Assembly (NCBI GenBank): GCA_020137815.1
Contig: CM035357.1
Span: 7,068,001 to 7,132,000 of the forward strand
DNA length: 64,000 nucleotides
Direction: 5' to 3'
Source: Hormiphora californensis
Taxonomy: Eukaryota; Animalia; Ctenophora
The notes under the pieces were generated by a model. The model saw only the letters and a list, made by a program, of their open reading frames with translations, searched no databases and had not been told where the DNA came from. Of this stretch, positions 27,094 to 40,400 are shown in pieces (within the stretch, counting starts at the first letter, position 1; each line of letters starts with the position of its first letter). Made by a program: the position numbers and the translations under genes.

Positions 27094-30000
27094 CTAAAAC
27101 ATATCCGTCCCCAAGTCCCCCTCCACCTAGTACACAACATCCACCCCTTACTCAACAACCCAAACCCGATCCCCACAACTCGTGTTGTGTATAACACAAC
27201 TCATGTCACATACCTTGGGGGCTGCTGGTGCAGTAGGTGCCTGTGGTGCTCCACCCACTGGTGCTGCAGCAGTTGGTGTCACAGTAACATTATTGTTCCT
27301 ATCCTTTGCCGAGCTCCGTTTCCTTCTCATTTTGGATCTCTTCTCGTCTGTCATTGCTCTCTGCGCCAGAGAGTGCCTCTTCGCTAGCTCAACCTGAACA
27401 ACAGAGTGTCAGTTTGGGGGATTGTATCGGTGTGCTAATTTTCCTGCTAATCTCATCCTTCACTCATTGATTGTATAGGTGTTCCAAACCATTGTCATCC
27501 TATAGCATCTGTGTAGCGTGCCCGTCCTTTTAGTCTTACAAGCGGATTCTTAGAATCATTTATAATACCCCAATATCTTTCTCGGTAGCCCCCTCTCTCA
27601 TCATCTCACCGCTCCCCTCCCAATGAGAGAGTGTCGACACTCTCTCATTGAGATGACATCGTGTGTGCAAAGGAAAGCGAGAGAAGCTACAGAGTGAGAG
27701 AAAGTGGTTTGCAGTAGCTAATAGCACACACACAGTAGTACCGCAACACTCTATTCTTCCGCTATGGTCACGTGGTTTCCTGGCATGTCACGTGACGTCA
27801 ACACGTGGTTTCCTAGGAACCCATGTGACGCGCGCACGTGCAATGTCACGTGACCCATCACGTGATCTCAATTTACACTCTTTACAGGGGGTGAGAAGTC
27901 CCTCTCTCTCACTTCCTTCCTCCCCCTCCATTCTCAAATTGGTTTCCCTCTTCCTCTCTGCTGATATATACAGCCGCGACAAGAGGGAGAGAGATTCATG
28001 TACAGGTGGCTAATCTATCCCGCCGTCTATAGGAGGATGTCACGTGATCTGAGTGGCGGGCCAATCAGAAGCCACAACAGATATCACGTGGTCTAAGTGG
28101 CGGGCCAATCAGAAGCCAAAACAGGTGTCACGTGATCACGTCATATTGCGGCACCTAGAGTGTGTGTCATCTGATACTCGCATTTCCGTGCGGTATCGAG
28201 ACCACTCTTTCTCTTGTTTCCGTAACAATACTCTCCCGCACCAAACAATTATACTCTCTGTTTTGTTACTATGTTTGTTTTAAAATGGTGCTTGTGTAAA
28301 TAACAACTTTGTTTTAACAATCATGTACCCCATTTCCTAAACAATTTCCTGTTTCCCATGATCTGTTTTATGACGTTATTCTAGAATTCTACAGGAGGGA
28401 GGCGTTGTATATAATACACCCCTCCTTCCCTCTTTTGTTCTCACGGGACCACCCATGACTATGATTCACAAGACAAATTGAACCAACTTTCTGTCCTCGC
28501 CATTTAAAAGACAAGTAAAACCGTTTCCCTAGAAAGCAGCTCGATTTACGAGATTGAATTGTCACTCTCAATCTTCCTGGACTACTGCTGCCATTTTGAT
28601 CAATGTGAGAATGATGTGTGTCGTAATTTCCTTCTTCCGCAAATCAACTCTCTCTCCCTTCCTCTCTCTATCCATCTCACACACACTCTCTCTCTCACTC
28701 TTCTAGATCTATTTCCTTCCTCCTTTACTCAGGCCGTACAGTCTGCTTTCTCTCTCTCTCTCTCTCTCTTTCCGGCTGCTCGTTTGACGAATTTCTCAAT
28801 CTTCCTCTTTAAACTAGCCCACCTTTTCTCTGACTTTTTCTCTCAACACAAACCGGTTTTCAGGAAACGACCGAACCGGTTTTTTTTCACCGAACCGAAC
28901 CGAACCGAATTTGAAAAACTTTTTTACCGAACCGAACCGAACCGAACCGAATTTCGGTAACCGAACCGAACCGAACCATACAAAACTTTTTCTGTATAAA
29001 TGTTTCTCTAAAAAGTCATGGAGAGCACCGATCAAGGTATTGAGAATCATTCTCTGAAATTTTGTTAAAATATGTTTGAAAAAATTTCAAAGTCAATTTT
29101 GTGAAAAAATTTTCTATGTCAATTTTTGCGTACGAATCGTGTTTCGAATCGGTAATGCTATACGGGAATGGTATTGCTAATTAGCAGGATTAAACGAACC
29201 ATGAATCGTGTCTCTCTAAATTTCCTAATTAGATTTGATGGGGATCATGTATCAGCACAATCCATCTCGGACCCACTAATTACCAACATCACTCCCGTTT
29301 AGCATTGTCGATTGGAAACACGATTCGTATACCATAATTTACTTAAAATATTTTTCACAAAAAAAATTTCACAAAATTTCAGGTAATGATTCTCAATACC
29401 TTGATCGATGCTCTCCATGAATTTTTAGAGAAACATTTAATTTTGTGAAAAAAACTTTGTAAAATATTTCAAAGTCAATTTCGGAAAAAAAATTCTATGT
29501 CAATTTTGCCGTACGAATCGTGTTGCGAATCGGTGATGCTATGCGGCAGTGCTCTCGCTAATTAGCAGGATTTATTGAAACATGAATCGTTTCCCCTAAA
29601 CTTCCTAATTAGATTTGATGGGGGATCACGTATCAGCATAATCCATCTCGGACCCACTAATTAGCAACATCACTCCCGCTTAGCAATACCGATTCGAAAC
29701 ACGATTCGTACGCAAAAATTGACATAGAAAATTTTCCATAAAATTGACTTTGAAATATTTTCCAAACTTTTTTACAAAATTTCAGAGAATGATTCTTAAC
29801 ACCTTGATCGGTGCTCTCCATGAATTTTTTGAAAAAAAAAGTTTCTGAATTTGTTGACCCTCTCATGAGGTCAGGTATCAAATCAATCCATATCGAACCC
29901 GCTAACTAGCGAAATCATTTCCACATAGCACCACCGATTCGAAATAGGGTTAATACGGCGAAATTGACATTGAAATCCATACAATTTTCGTGAAATAATT

Positions 30001-31286
30001 GAAAAATTTTGCATGAAAAAGCCCGATTTCTGGGCATTTTTTGACCAAAAAATTCGGTGGTTCGGCCAAAATTTCCTACCGAACCGAACCGAACCGAACC
30101 GCCCAAAAAACACCGAATTTCCGAACCGAACCGAACCGAACCGAATATTCGGTCGCTTCCTGCCGGTTTTATCTTGCCTGATTGCCATCCTTATTTTGAC
30201 AAGGACCGTTTCCTTCCGGGAGAGAGATAAAGGGGAGAGATAGAGGGGTGAGAGAGATAGAGAGAGAGAGGGGGAGAGAGATTAAGGTGAAGGGTACATG
30301 TAAAAAGGAAGTTGAGAGAGAATGGCAGACAGTCCTGTCGAATAGATCATTCAATCAGAACTGCTGCTGTATTTCTCTATTCCGGCCTGCTATTCTTTCT
30401 CGCTCCTTCCCGCTTCCTCTCACTCGCCGAGCCCCCTCTTCCTATCTCTCTCTCCTTTATCCAGACACATACGTTTCTCTCCCTCTCTCTCTTCACGTGC
30501 TGCGGCGGGGCAGGTGGATGATTGGCGGTGGCCGGAAAGGCGTCATGATTGGTCCAGGAGGATGTCACGTGTCCTCCTTCCAGTGATCTGATTGGCGCGC
30601 AGAGTAGGGGGCGAGAGAGAGAGGAGGCCCGCTAATATCATTGTGCGTGTACACACATTTCCTTTGTCCGGGTCTCTTTCTCTCTCGCGGGGAGGGAGAG
30701 CTGCTTCCTTCCTTCCTTCTCTCTCTCACCCCAGCTCACATCTTTCCTCCTCTCTAGCTCTCTACTTCTTGCTCTCTCTCCACCACAACTGCAACTATCT
30801 GTCTCCCTTCTCTCGTTGTGCCGCCCGCTGCAGCTTCCTTTACCAACCGTTTCTAATCGGTTCTTAGCTTAGTACCCAATGATTAAGTTTAACCAAGCTT
30901 TCTCTCTCACTCTCTCTCCCCTCTTTTCCTATCATATAATCTCCTATCTTAGACCCTTTTTCCTCTACAATCAACGTCTGGCCGACATTGTTTCCAGGGC
31001 CCTGATCTGGATCATTGGTCTCTCTCCAGTACCCTTTCTTCTTCTAGGCCCGCTGTAATTATCCTGGTACTTACCAGACGGTAGCTATCCCCCTAATTAT
31101 TCTCCTGTTTATATCCAGAACAGTCTCTTGCCCCCCTCTCGACTAGCCAAACTGTTTGTCTACTTATAGGTGAGCGCGAGTGTAAGGGGGGCTTCCTGGT
31201 CAGGCGCGGCTGGGGAAATTGGGGAAGCCCGTGACTCCATCGAGTCTGTGTGGGAGTGTATAACATCTGTCAGGGAGAGAGAGAGG

Positions 31287-31335
<49 letters not shown>

Positions 31336-34300
31336 GGACAGACATTCCGATGCACCGGGAGCGTAAACACCACTTCCTACTCAAATCCTCCCCCCCCCCC
31401 CTCTCTCGCTTTTCTCCCCCTCTACACTTACTCTCGTACATTCTATCCCCAAGAAACTCACTTTTTCACTCTCTCCCTTCCACACACTCCTTTTCCCTCA
31501 CAATCCTTCGTTCTGTCACTTTTCAAATAGTTTGCGGATTGCTCTGGGCCTGGGCTCTAACCATCTCCTTCTAATTTATCAATTGTTTATACCTTTTGTT
31601 GATATTATTTGAGATATGTTTTGACTCGTTTAACTCAGAGCTCTGCAGAGTAGTAGCTTCCTTGAAACCCCCGAGGGCCACAGTTTAGCTTTCTCTGAAT
31701 TTGTTTACTTTCGCTACCCACATCTATTATAGCTTTTGTTTTGAAGTTTTGAGGAGAAGCACTGGAGCTTTTAGTTTAGAGCTGCAGGCCACAGGATTAA
31801 AGTCCATTTTTATTCAACTGTTCACCCTCCAACTCGTGCGCGTGCGATATTTTAATTTACGCTGCGCGCGCTACACGTTAACATGTGATAGACGCGCAAA
31901 ACATTTCCGCGCACGACTTTGGGGGGTGAACAGTTGAAAAAAAATGGAGTATAACTTGTCTTCCTCGACCCACTCAAACAGAACTGGGACTAACTATAAT
32001 TATCTATGACTATATCTTGGATTGATTATATCTTGGATTGTTACTCACCGCTCGTTGATCGTTTGTTAGCCCACTCTGGTAGAGAGCCGACTGGGCTGCC
32101 AGGTTTTGTCTTTGTTTGTTAGACAACTTGAGAACGGGCTGAGTGTGTGTCGAGGTTGTCGTCGGGGCGAAGAATCTGGGGAATTTTGGGAGTTAGAGAG
32201 ATTAGGGGACGAGTTATTGTTTATTGGGACGGGAAATCGAGAAATAGTGACTGAGAGATTAGAGGGGAAGAGGGGTTTTGGGCGGAGAGGGATCTTAAGA
32301 TGTCTTTGGTGTCAGTTTTCGATTTAATCAGTTTGGCGTTTCCGGTTTCAATAAAACTATGGTACCACTCCCACCCTTTTATCTCTCTTATTCCCTGTAA
32401 TCTCCATCTTTCTTTCCTTCTCTATCTAGCCCCCCTCCCCCCGTATATTAATTCACCCTGTTTCCTCGTAGGATTTCCTCCCCATTCCAATCATGCAGTA
32501 CTGATAAAATGTTTAATCATTCCCAGGGAATGTTCTATTTTTTTATGAAAATCATCATGGTTACAGACTAGACAGAGACTAGACAGTGAGAAGAGGAGAG
32601 AACAAGATAGATAGAATTAGGTAGAGAGAGAAAGAGAAGGAATGGAATGAAGAGAATGGTATTTTCCCTCCGCTTCCTACTTCCCTAAAATTCCGATTCT
32701 CTCTTTCTACTGGCCCAGATGGCATTATTTCAAATTCTTCCCGCCTCTCTTCCTGAGTTCTCCCTTCTCCTCAACTTGTGTTTAGTCATCAGTGTCACTT
32801 TACAAAGCTTGTCCCTTAATTAGTCTACATCTGGTCTTTTATTACCATTTTAGTTAACCGTCTCAAGTCACTTAGTTCGTTAGTGTACAAATGTACAAAA
32901 CTTGAGACGATTATACAAATGTGACACAAACACTTACATGTCACTAATGAGAGCGTCCAACAGGGGTAGTCCCTCTTTCTGAGCCGTGCTAGACAATATA
33001 CTGTCCAGAATTTGTCCTGAAATTGTGAGATGAGACAATTCGTGTGTACAGCTGTTAGGCGATATAGGAGAGATAGGGGTGAGAGAGAAAGAGAGGAGAG
33101 AGATAGGGGTGAGAGAGAAAAAGAAGGGTGAGAGAGAGGGAGCTGGGAGAGAGAAAAAGAGGGGTGAGAGAGGGAGAGGGGGGATAGAGATGGGGACAGA
33201 AAGAAAAAAGCTTTACTTCTGAAACTATTGCTTTTGATCTTGCTTGTTTAAATCTAATCAGATCTCTACTGGGCACACTACAACTATTTAGCTTTCGATA
33301 ATTTTGCACAAAACTTTGACGATTTTTGCATAAAACCAGAACTTTCGCTGTTTCCATGCTGCCGTATTAAAGGACCGTTAGATATTTCAATTCTTTTAAT
33401 TTCTCATTTTTGATCTTACAATATCATCTCTCCTTCTATTCCCATTCGACTCATTCAGCTATTGCTTCAGTTACTTTGGTTACTCTACTCACGCAATGCA
33501 GTTGGTATGGTGGCGGGTATGCTATCACATATAGCTGTAGTCAGCTCAGTACCGGTAGCCATTTCGTAGAGGATCAGTCCAAAATCATAGACATCCGCTT
33601 CAACTGAGGTCTGTGTGATGGAGGCGTTGTGTTAGGGTAGACAGATAGGAAGATAATTACAGGCGAATAAAAAGTTTGTAATTCCGTTAGATCCCAAAAC
33701 AAATCCAGGGCCTTGAGATTTCTTGGCCCAAATCCAAAATAAGGTGCTACTGGAGATTACCTTTACATTGCCATGTTGAACGTGCAGGTTCCTATTTCTA
33801 CTGGGAACACCCAGAATGAAGTTCTCCACATTAGATATCTTGTAAATATTACCTGTAGTTATATTGGTTTGGGGAGTTGTCTTAATAGGATAGAAGAGGG
33901 AGAAACATTGTAGGAAGGTGAGCTAAAATTGTTCCTAAATCCCGACCGACCGTTAGACTTGTGTCTGCAAATTAACAGGACATCTTAGATGAGGCATCTC
34001 AGATGAGGACGCTACAGATGATATGTTTTGTTTATGACGCAACCATAGTAACGGTTCTGTGTCTATAACGTCACCTCCGCAGACCGCATTCTTCACCCCC
34101 CCCCCCTCTCAACCTGTCTTCTCAAATCATCTCTTTCCTGGTACGAAAGGGAACGCAGCTAGCAGTCACATTGTCTCCTTCCCTCTCTACCCCTGCTATT
34201 TTAACTTCTGACCCTTTGTAGGGTCCCAAAACATCCGTGCTATCTTTTTCTTTGTTTTGCCTTCCCCAAGCTAGAATTTCTATCGAGAAGCTGGCGTGTT

Positions 34301-37300
34301 ACAATTTCTTTTTGCCAATCTCTCTCTTCCTTCTCGTTTTTCAACTCTTGTCCCGCTTTTTTGTGTCCTCCCCGCGCTAACTACCTTCTCCTTCTCTCTC
34401 TCTTTGTACACATTTTCTAACCCTCCTTTACTATATTGGTCGCGGATGAGAGAGGGCCGGGCAAGTATACTGACCTTGTGAAGTTGTGTCCACCATCACG
34501 TTCCCAGAGTGAAGGTGTCCATACGGGAAGGCCCGGTCCTGTAGGAATACCAGGGCCTCCAGAATGTGCCGACCTGCTACCGCTATCTCATCCTCCGAGA
34601 GAGGGGACCCTGCAGGACAGTGGTGTTGTTAGTGAGAGTGGAGAGAGGGACTTTAATTTGAATGTGATTTTTTTTGGAACGAAAGTACCGTGGAGTTTAT
34701 TTAGCAAGCTTGTACTTACTGGGAGTTAGGGCCATCTTTAGGTAGGGAGTCCGGGGTTTACTACCACTCATGACGTCACGAAGTGATCCAGAGGAGTGAA
34801 AGGGACGGGAAATGTGCGCTCCACTCTGGTTTATCACTGCCATAGTAACTGTGAGAAGATTTAGGAGTTAGTAACTGTACTGGTTACTATGGTAACTGTG
34901 GGAAGATGTTATGGGTTACTAACCACTGGTTACCATGGTAACTGTGGTGAGATTTAGGGGTTAGTAACTGTACTGGTTACTATGGTAACTGTGGGAAGAT
35001 GTTATGGGTTACTAACCACTGGTTACCATGGTAACTGTGGTGAGATTTAGGGGTTAGTAACTGTTAGTAACTGTACTGGTTACCAGGTAGCCATGTGGGC
35101 GTGTGGTTCCAATATCACACAGTTTTTAGAGAGTAGTACCATGCTAACTAAACTATCAGTCTCATTACAACTTCTCGAATCACAATTGTAACATGTAAAT
35201 CACCCTATTTACATGTTAATTGGTTACATTTCAACTGCATATATCACAATTAGTTACCTGGTGATATATAGGGATGTTGGATGGTTGACAGAGTCCTACC
35301 GAGGGATGCAGCTTCCTTGAATCCTAGGCAGAAGTAGGGACCCAGCTCAGTCTGAAATGAGGTGGTGTTTAAATGGTTACCATAGTTACCTAGTTACAAT
35401 AGTTTCTACAAGATCGTTTAGCGCCATAATCAAAAGAACTTTAGCCTCGCTTACGAAGCGTTGAGGCAGCAGCTGTTGAGCTACTGCACGGGGTCGACCG
35501 ACTATCATGAGAGAGAGAGGGGAGAAAGAGAGAGAGAGAGACCTAGGCATTATCCCAAATATGGTCAAACAACATCTTCTCTCTCACTCTCTCTCTTTGG
35601 ACACATCCTGCTAATGAGATTTCGCCACTTCCTGCATCCCCCTCACCCTCTCTCTCTCATTTTCTCTTCCTATATCCCCTCTCTCGTTTACTCTCTTCCT
35701 ACATCCCCCTCTTTCTTCTGCCTTGAGGCTACCTTGTGTTTCAGCCGTCTGGGGACCTCAACTGTGAGCATCGAATTTCTTTCCTTCTAGTTCTATCAGT
35801 TTCCGGGTGTCATTATCATCGCCTTTTTCCTGGTATGTTTTCAGTCACTTGTTTGGTTGGTTTGTCCGACTTTTTACTGCGCCTAGGGCTAAATAATTTC
35901 TAGCAGTTCATTTGCCGTGATCTGTCTTTCTTTTTTAATCTTCCTCTTCCTCTCTTTCCATTCTTCTCAGTCTCACTTCTCTCACTGCTCTCTCGCGTCG
36001 GAAGAGGGAAGTTATTTTCCCCCATTGAATTTCCTTTTGTCTTTTATCGCGTGTAAATCCACGTGCTTTCTTTTCATACGTTTTCTCTCTATCTCTCTCT
36101 GTCTCTCTCTCTCTCTGTCTCTCCCCCTCTCTGTCTCTCTCTGCCTATCTCTACGTTGACTGCCGATGGTACATCAATGACTGCCCTGGTAAACTGAATT
36201 GATCCACTGTCCATCTCTCACTATCCATCGCGTTGCAATTGTTTTGCGATTGCACGATGAGTCTGGCTCAGTGACTGTGAGACGATGAGTCATAGCAGTA
36301 GCACGATGAGTCTAGCTCTGTGACTGTTATGGTTAGATAGATTGCACGGTGAGCCATGGCTAGAATGAAAGAAGATTTCCGTTTCGTATCTCACAGTTTG
36401 CGTGCTGAGTTGTAATACGAGGATGTGTGTATCCTAGCAAGCAGCATCCTCCCGCACATCCTTCCTTCTGTGAGGTCACCTGACTCCCGGCCTCTGATTC
36501 GTTCACGTCCGGTCACGTGACGAGGTATTCTGCACTCTTATTGGTCGAGAAGGGTCACGTGACAATATCTCTGGATCCTGATTGGATAGAGCCGCGCTCA
36601 CTTATTGGTGGAAGGCGGTCTTGCATGATACACGCCGTGAGTGTGTGATGACAAGCTCTCCGTGAGGCTAGTAAGAGAGGGAGAAATAGTGAGAGAGAGG
36701 AAGATAGAGAGCGAGCGACGGAGAAAGATGGGTAGAGAGATATAGAGAGAAATAATGAGAGAGAAATAAAAAAGAAATGGTGATGAATAGGAAGGAAGGG
36801 AGGGAGAGGAAATAGAGTTAGGTCGTCGCCGCCGCAGAGAAGTATGGGGAAGGAGTGATCCCTCTATCTTCCCTCGCTCTCTATCTCTATCACTCTCTCT
36901 CTCTCCCTCTCTTTCTCTGGTGTGCATGTTAATACAGCCCCTCCTTCCTCCTTTCAATCTCTCTCTCTCTCTCTTCCTCCTTTCAATCTCTCTCTTCCTC
37001 CTTTCCACTCTCTCTTCCTCCTTTGTCTTTCCTCCATTCGTGTTGTTCGTCTCTCATCCCTTCCTGATAATTGTTGCTCCCTTTTCTTTCAAACTTTCCC
37101 TCATTTCCTTGTTTTTTCCTTCCCTGCCGTTGTAAATGTATCAGGGGAGATGGGGGTAGCTTCATTTGATGCTTGATATAACTCAATGATCCGATACGTC
37201 ATATTCTGTCAGATTTTCCCCCCGATTTAGAAACATTTCGGTGAGGACATGGTTTGAGTTCTTTGACTGCCTTCTTGACTCATGCATACTGAGTATAATT

Positions 37301-37319
37301 TCCTTCCGTCTGCTGGGAT

Positions 37320-37417
<98 letters not shown>

Positions 37418-40400
37418 CGAGATAGATCGCTAGAGTAGAGAGCAGCTATCTCCTCGCCTCCTCCGATCGCTATCTCTCTACTCTCTCTCTCCCTCTCTCT
37501 TCTTCCTTCTCCTCTCCTCTCCTCTCTCCCCTCCCGCTCTTCCTCTGCCACACTTCTGTCTCTCCTTTAACCCTTCTAGGCTCACCGTGTACAACTTCCG
37601 CCTATCAACACGCGGCTATAAGACAACTTCCTGCATCTTTGTTATCTCATTCTCTCTCTATCACTTCTCTTTTTCTCTCTCTCACTTCTCTATTTTTCTC
37701 TCCTCGTCTTCTCCGGTATTTCTTGGTCCAACCCCTTTAGTGTTGCCGTTACTCCTCCACTATTCTAAATTGGTATATTGTGTTTGCGAATCCTTGAATC
37801 TACTTTGAATCTACCTTTGCTCTACTACTAATCAGTGCAATATAACGACCACACCCTAATTGTGTAGACACCATGACAGAAAGTTCAGAACGAAAGAAGA
37901 TAGGGGACCTCCTGAAGGAACTTAGTGGACTGGATGCCACAGAGAAAGCTAGCGTTATATCAGCCCTGCTAAATGATGATCAGAAACTGAAATCAGAGGT
38001 AAGGAGGAAAACCAAAATGATAGTAGATCACACAATCAAATAATATATAACAGTACAGGTGTCACATTTCAAACTAAAATTTTGGCTGCCTCATTGGACA
38101 ATTGATTTAGTTTTGCTAGATTCTGACTCTCCCTCTTTTCTCTCAGCTGGAAAAGAGTTTCACACAGAACAAGGACATCCCAGCAGCAACTACAGATACA
38201 CCACCTGTTATCAAGGTAAGTACTACCTACAAGATGTGATTATTAACTCGATCCAAACATGAACACCTTGTAACAGGAGAGTAGGGGAAGACCACCAAGA
38301 TTCAAACCGTTTCAATCTCTGATATTATACCACCCATTTCCTAAATATTCCCCCTCCCAGGAAGAGATACAGGATGCCCCACCCAGTGTTACACCCTCCC
38401 CTACCGTCACAACTAGCAGTGCTGTTAACGAGCTCCACGCCCTGTTGAACACCTACCTCCAAGAGGAAAACAAGATGAAATCTACCTCTAACGGGAACAA
38501 CATCCCTACCATGGTACCATCCCCTACAATGGTGACCTCCCCCTCCATGGTGACCTCCCCCGCCCCTGTCTCTCCTGGGTTGAAGGAGGAAGTGTTTGAG
38601 CCAGCTGCGACACTGGAAGACCCTGCTGCTACCAGTCTCACAGATCAGATCATGAAATTCCACTCTGCCGTAAGTTAACCACCCATTTTCATTCTAACTT
38701 GTGTGGGTAAAGAGGAGTTTGTCCACTCTCGACGAACTCCATTGTTCAAGGTCTAAAGATAGAATCTTGGAACAATGCTTCCATGCCTGAATTTGAACTT
38801 CGATTATCTTCCCCACTTTCTAACCTACTTACCCCCGGTCCCCAGGTTGAAGCAATGAGGACCACCACCCAACCTCCTCCTCCCACCAAGGCACAGATTA
38901 TTGAGGAGGAAGTGATTCTACCTCCGGAGTGGCCGAGGAATAACAGACAGAGAAGACCGAGCAAGAACAGGTTTATCTTGCCCAACACTGCCGCTAGGGT
39001 AAGAAGAGGGAGAGAATTTGTAGTTGTTAGAAGAATTAGGAGGGGTACTATTATCATAGCCCATAGGGTGTGTCAGACAGCTGTTAGGGGATATAACATC
39101 ACCATGCTTTTTCTAACCCACCCCCTTCCCCCAGATGGATGGTACTGCAGTTCCCACATCACCCACTATTGACAACAACAGGCCTATCATTCCGAAACCT
39201 GTTCCGAATCCTGCAACCATGGTTACAGACCTAGAGACAATCCTTAACTCGTATTATAACAGCAAAAAGGAGGAGGGAGCTAACGGACAAAAGGTGAGTT
39301 ACACCGCTTTTTGAATTTTTGATGTTCCAACGAACGGTAAAGTGCTATCAGTTACTATAGCTACTGTAGCTATCAGTATTTCATTCAACCATTTACCAGT
39401 ACACAAATTAACCCTCTTCTCTCCCTCTCTCCCAGGAAGAACAGCCTGCTACAACTGACCAGCTACCTACCACCCAACTCCCACCAGTCCAACAGCAGCT
39501 GTCCACAGCTTCAATACCCCCATCCACTCCACTTACCCCACCGCCCACTACAGAGGATGCAAACCTGAGCAAATTGGGAATAGGTGAGACGGGGGGTTCC
39601 CATGGCTACCATTTTTGTGTTTTGTACTATTCCTTTACAAATCAAACTAGAAAGTGTTCTAACACCCTCTCCTCTCCAGATCAGCTACTAATCCAAGTCC
39701 TGCAAACTGCTATCAACACGGGTACAGACCCCAACTTGATACTGCCCAGCATGTGGGGGGAGGGTAGCCCACCTGACAACACCACGGGAGGTGGAGGTAT
39801 GGTGAGAGGAGGGAAGAGGAAGATGTTTAAGGGAGGTGCTGGGGAGTGTGTCAGGAACAATGGAACACCGTACAAGAAGATTAAACATTCTGGAGGTGAG
39901 AACAATGTTCATTTTGTACAAACACTGGAACTATAATTTCCTATAACAATGTTCATTTTGTACTGGAATTGAACTACCACTGTTATACATATCTCTATCT
40001 TTCTTGATTTTCCTTCAAAAACAATGCCCTCTTTTTGTTTCATTTACCACTTCCCCATCTCCCACTAACCCTCCCTTCCCTCCCAGGCAGTCACGGTATC
40101 CAACTATGGCAGTTCATGTTGGAGCTGCTAGGTAACTCCATTCACCGTGCAGTGCTATCATGGACGGGTCGAGGCCTGGAGTTCAGAATCAGCAACAGCG
40201 TCGAGCTGGCCCGGTTGTGGGGTGTCAGAAAATCCAACCCTATTATGAACTTTGATAAGCTCTCTCGTGCACTACGGTACTACTACGAGAAAAACATCAT
40301 CAAACACAACCCGACCCAGCGACTGGTTTATACATTCTGCGAGAACCCAGATGATGTGGTTTACAACGCACTGTTAGACCAGGCTCTGGTAACTAGGCCG

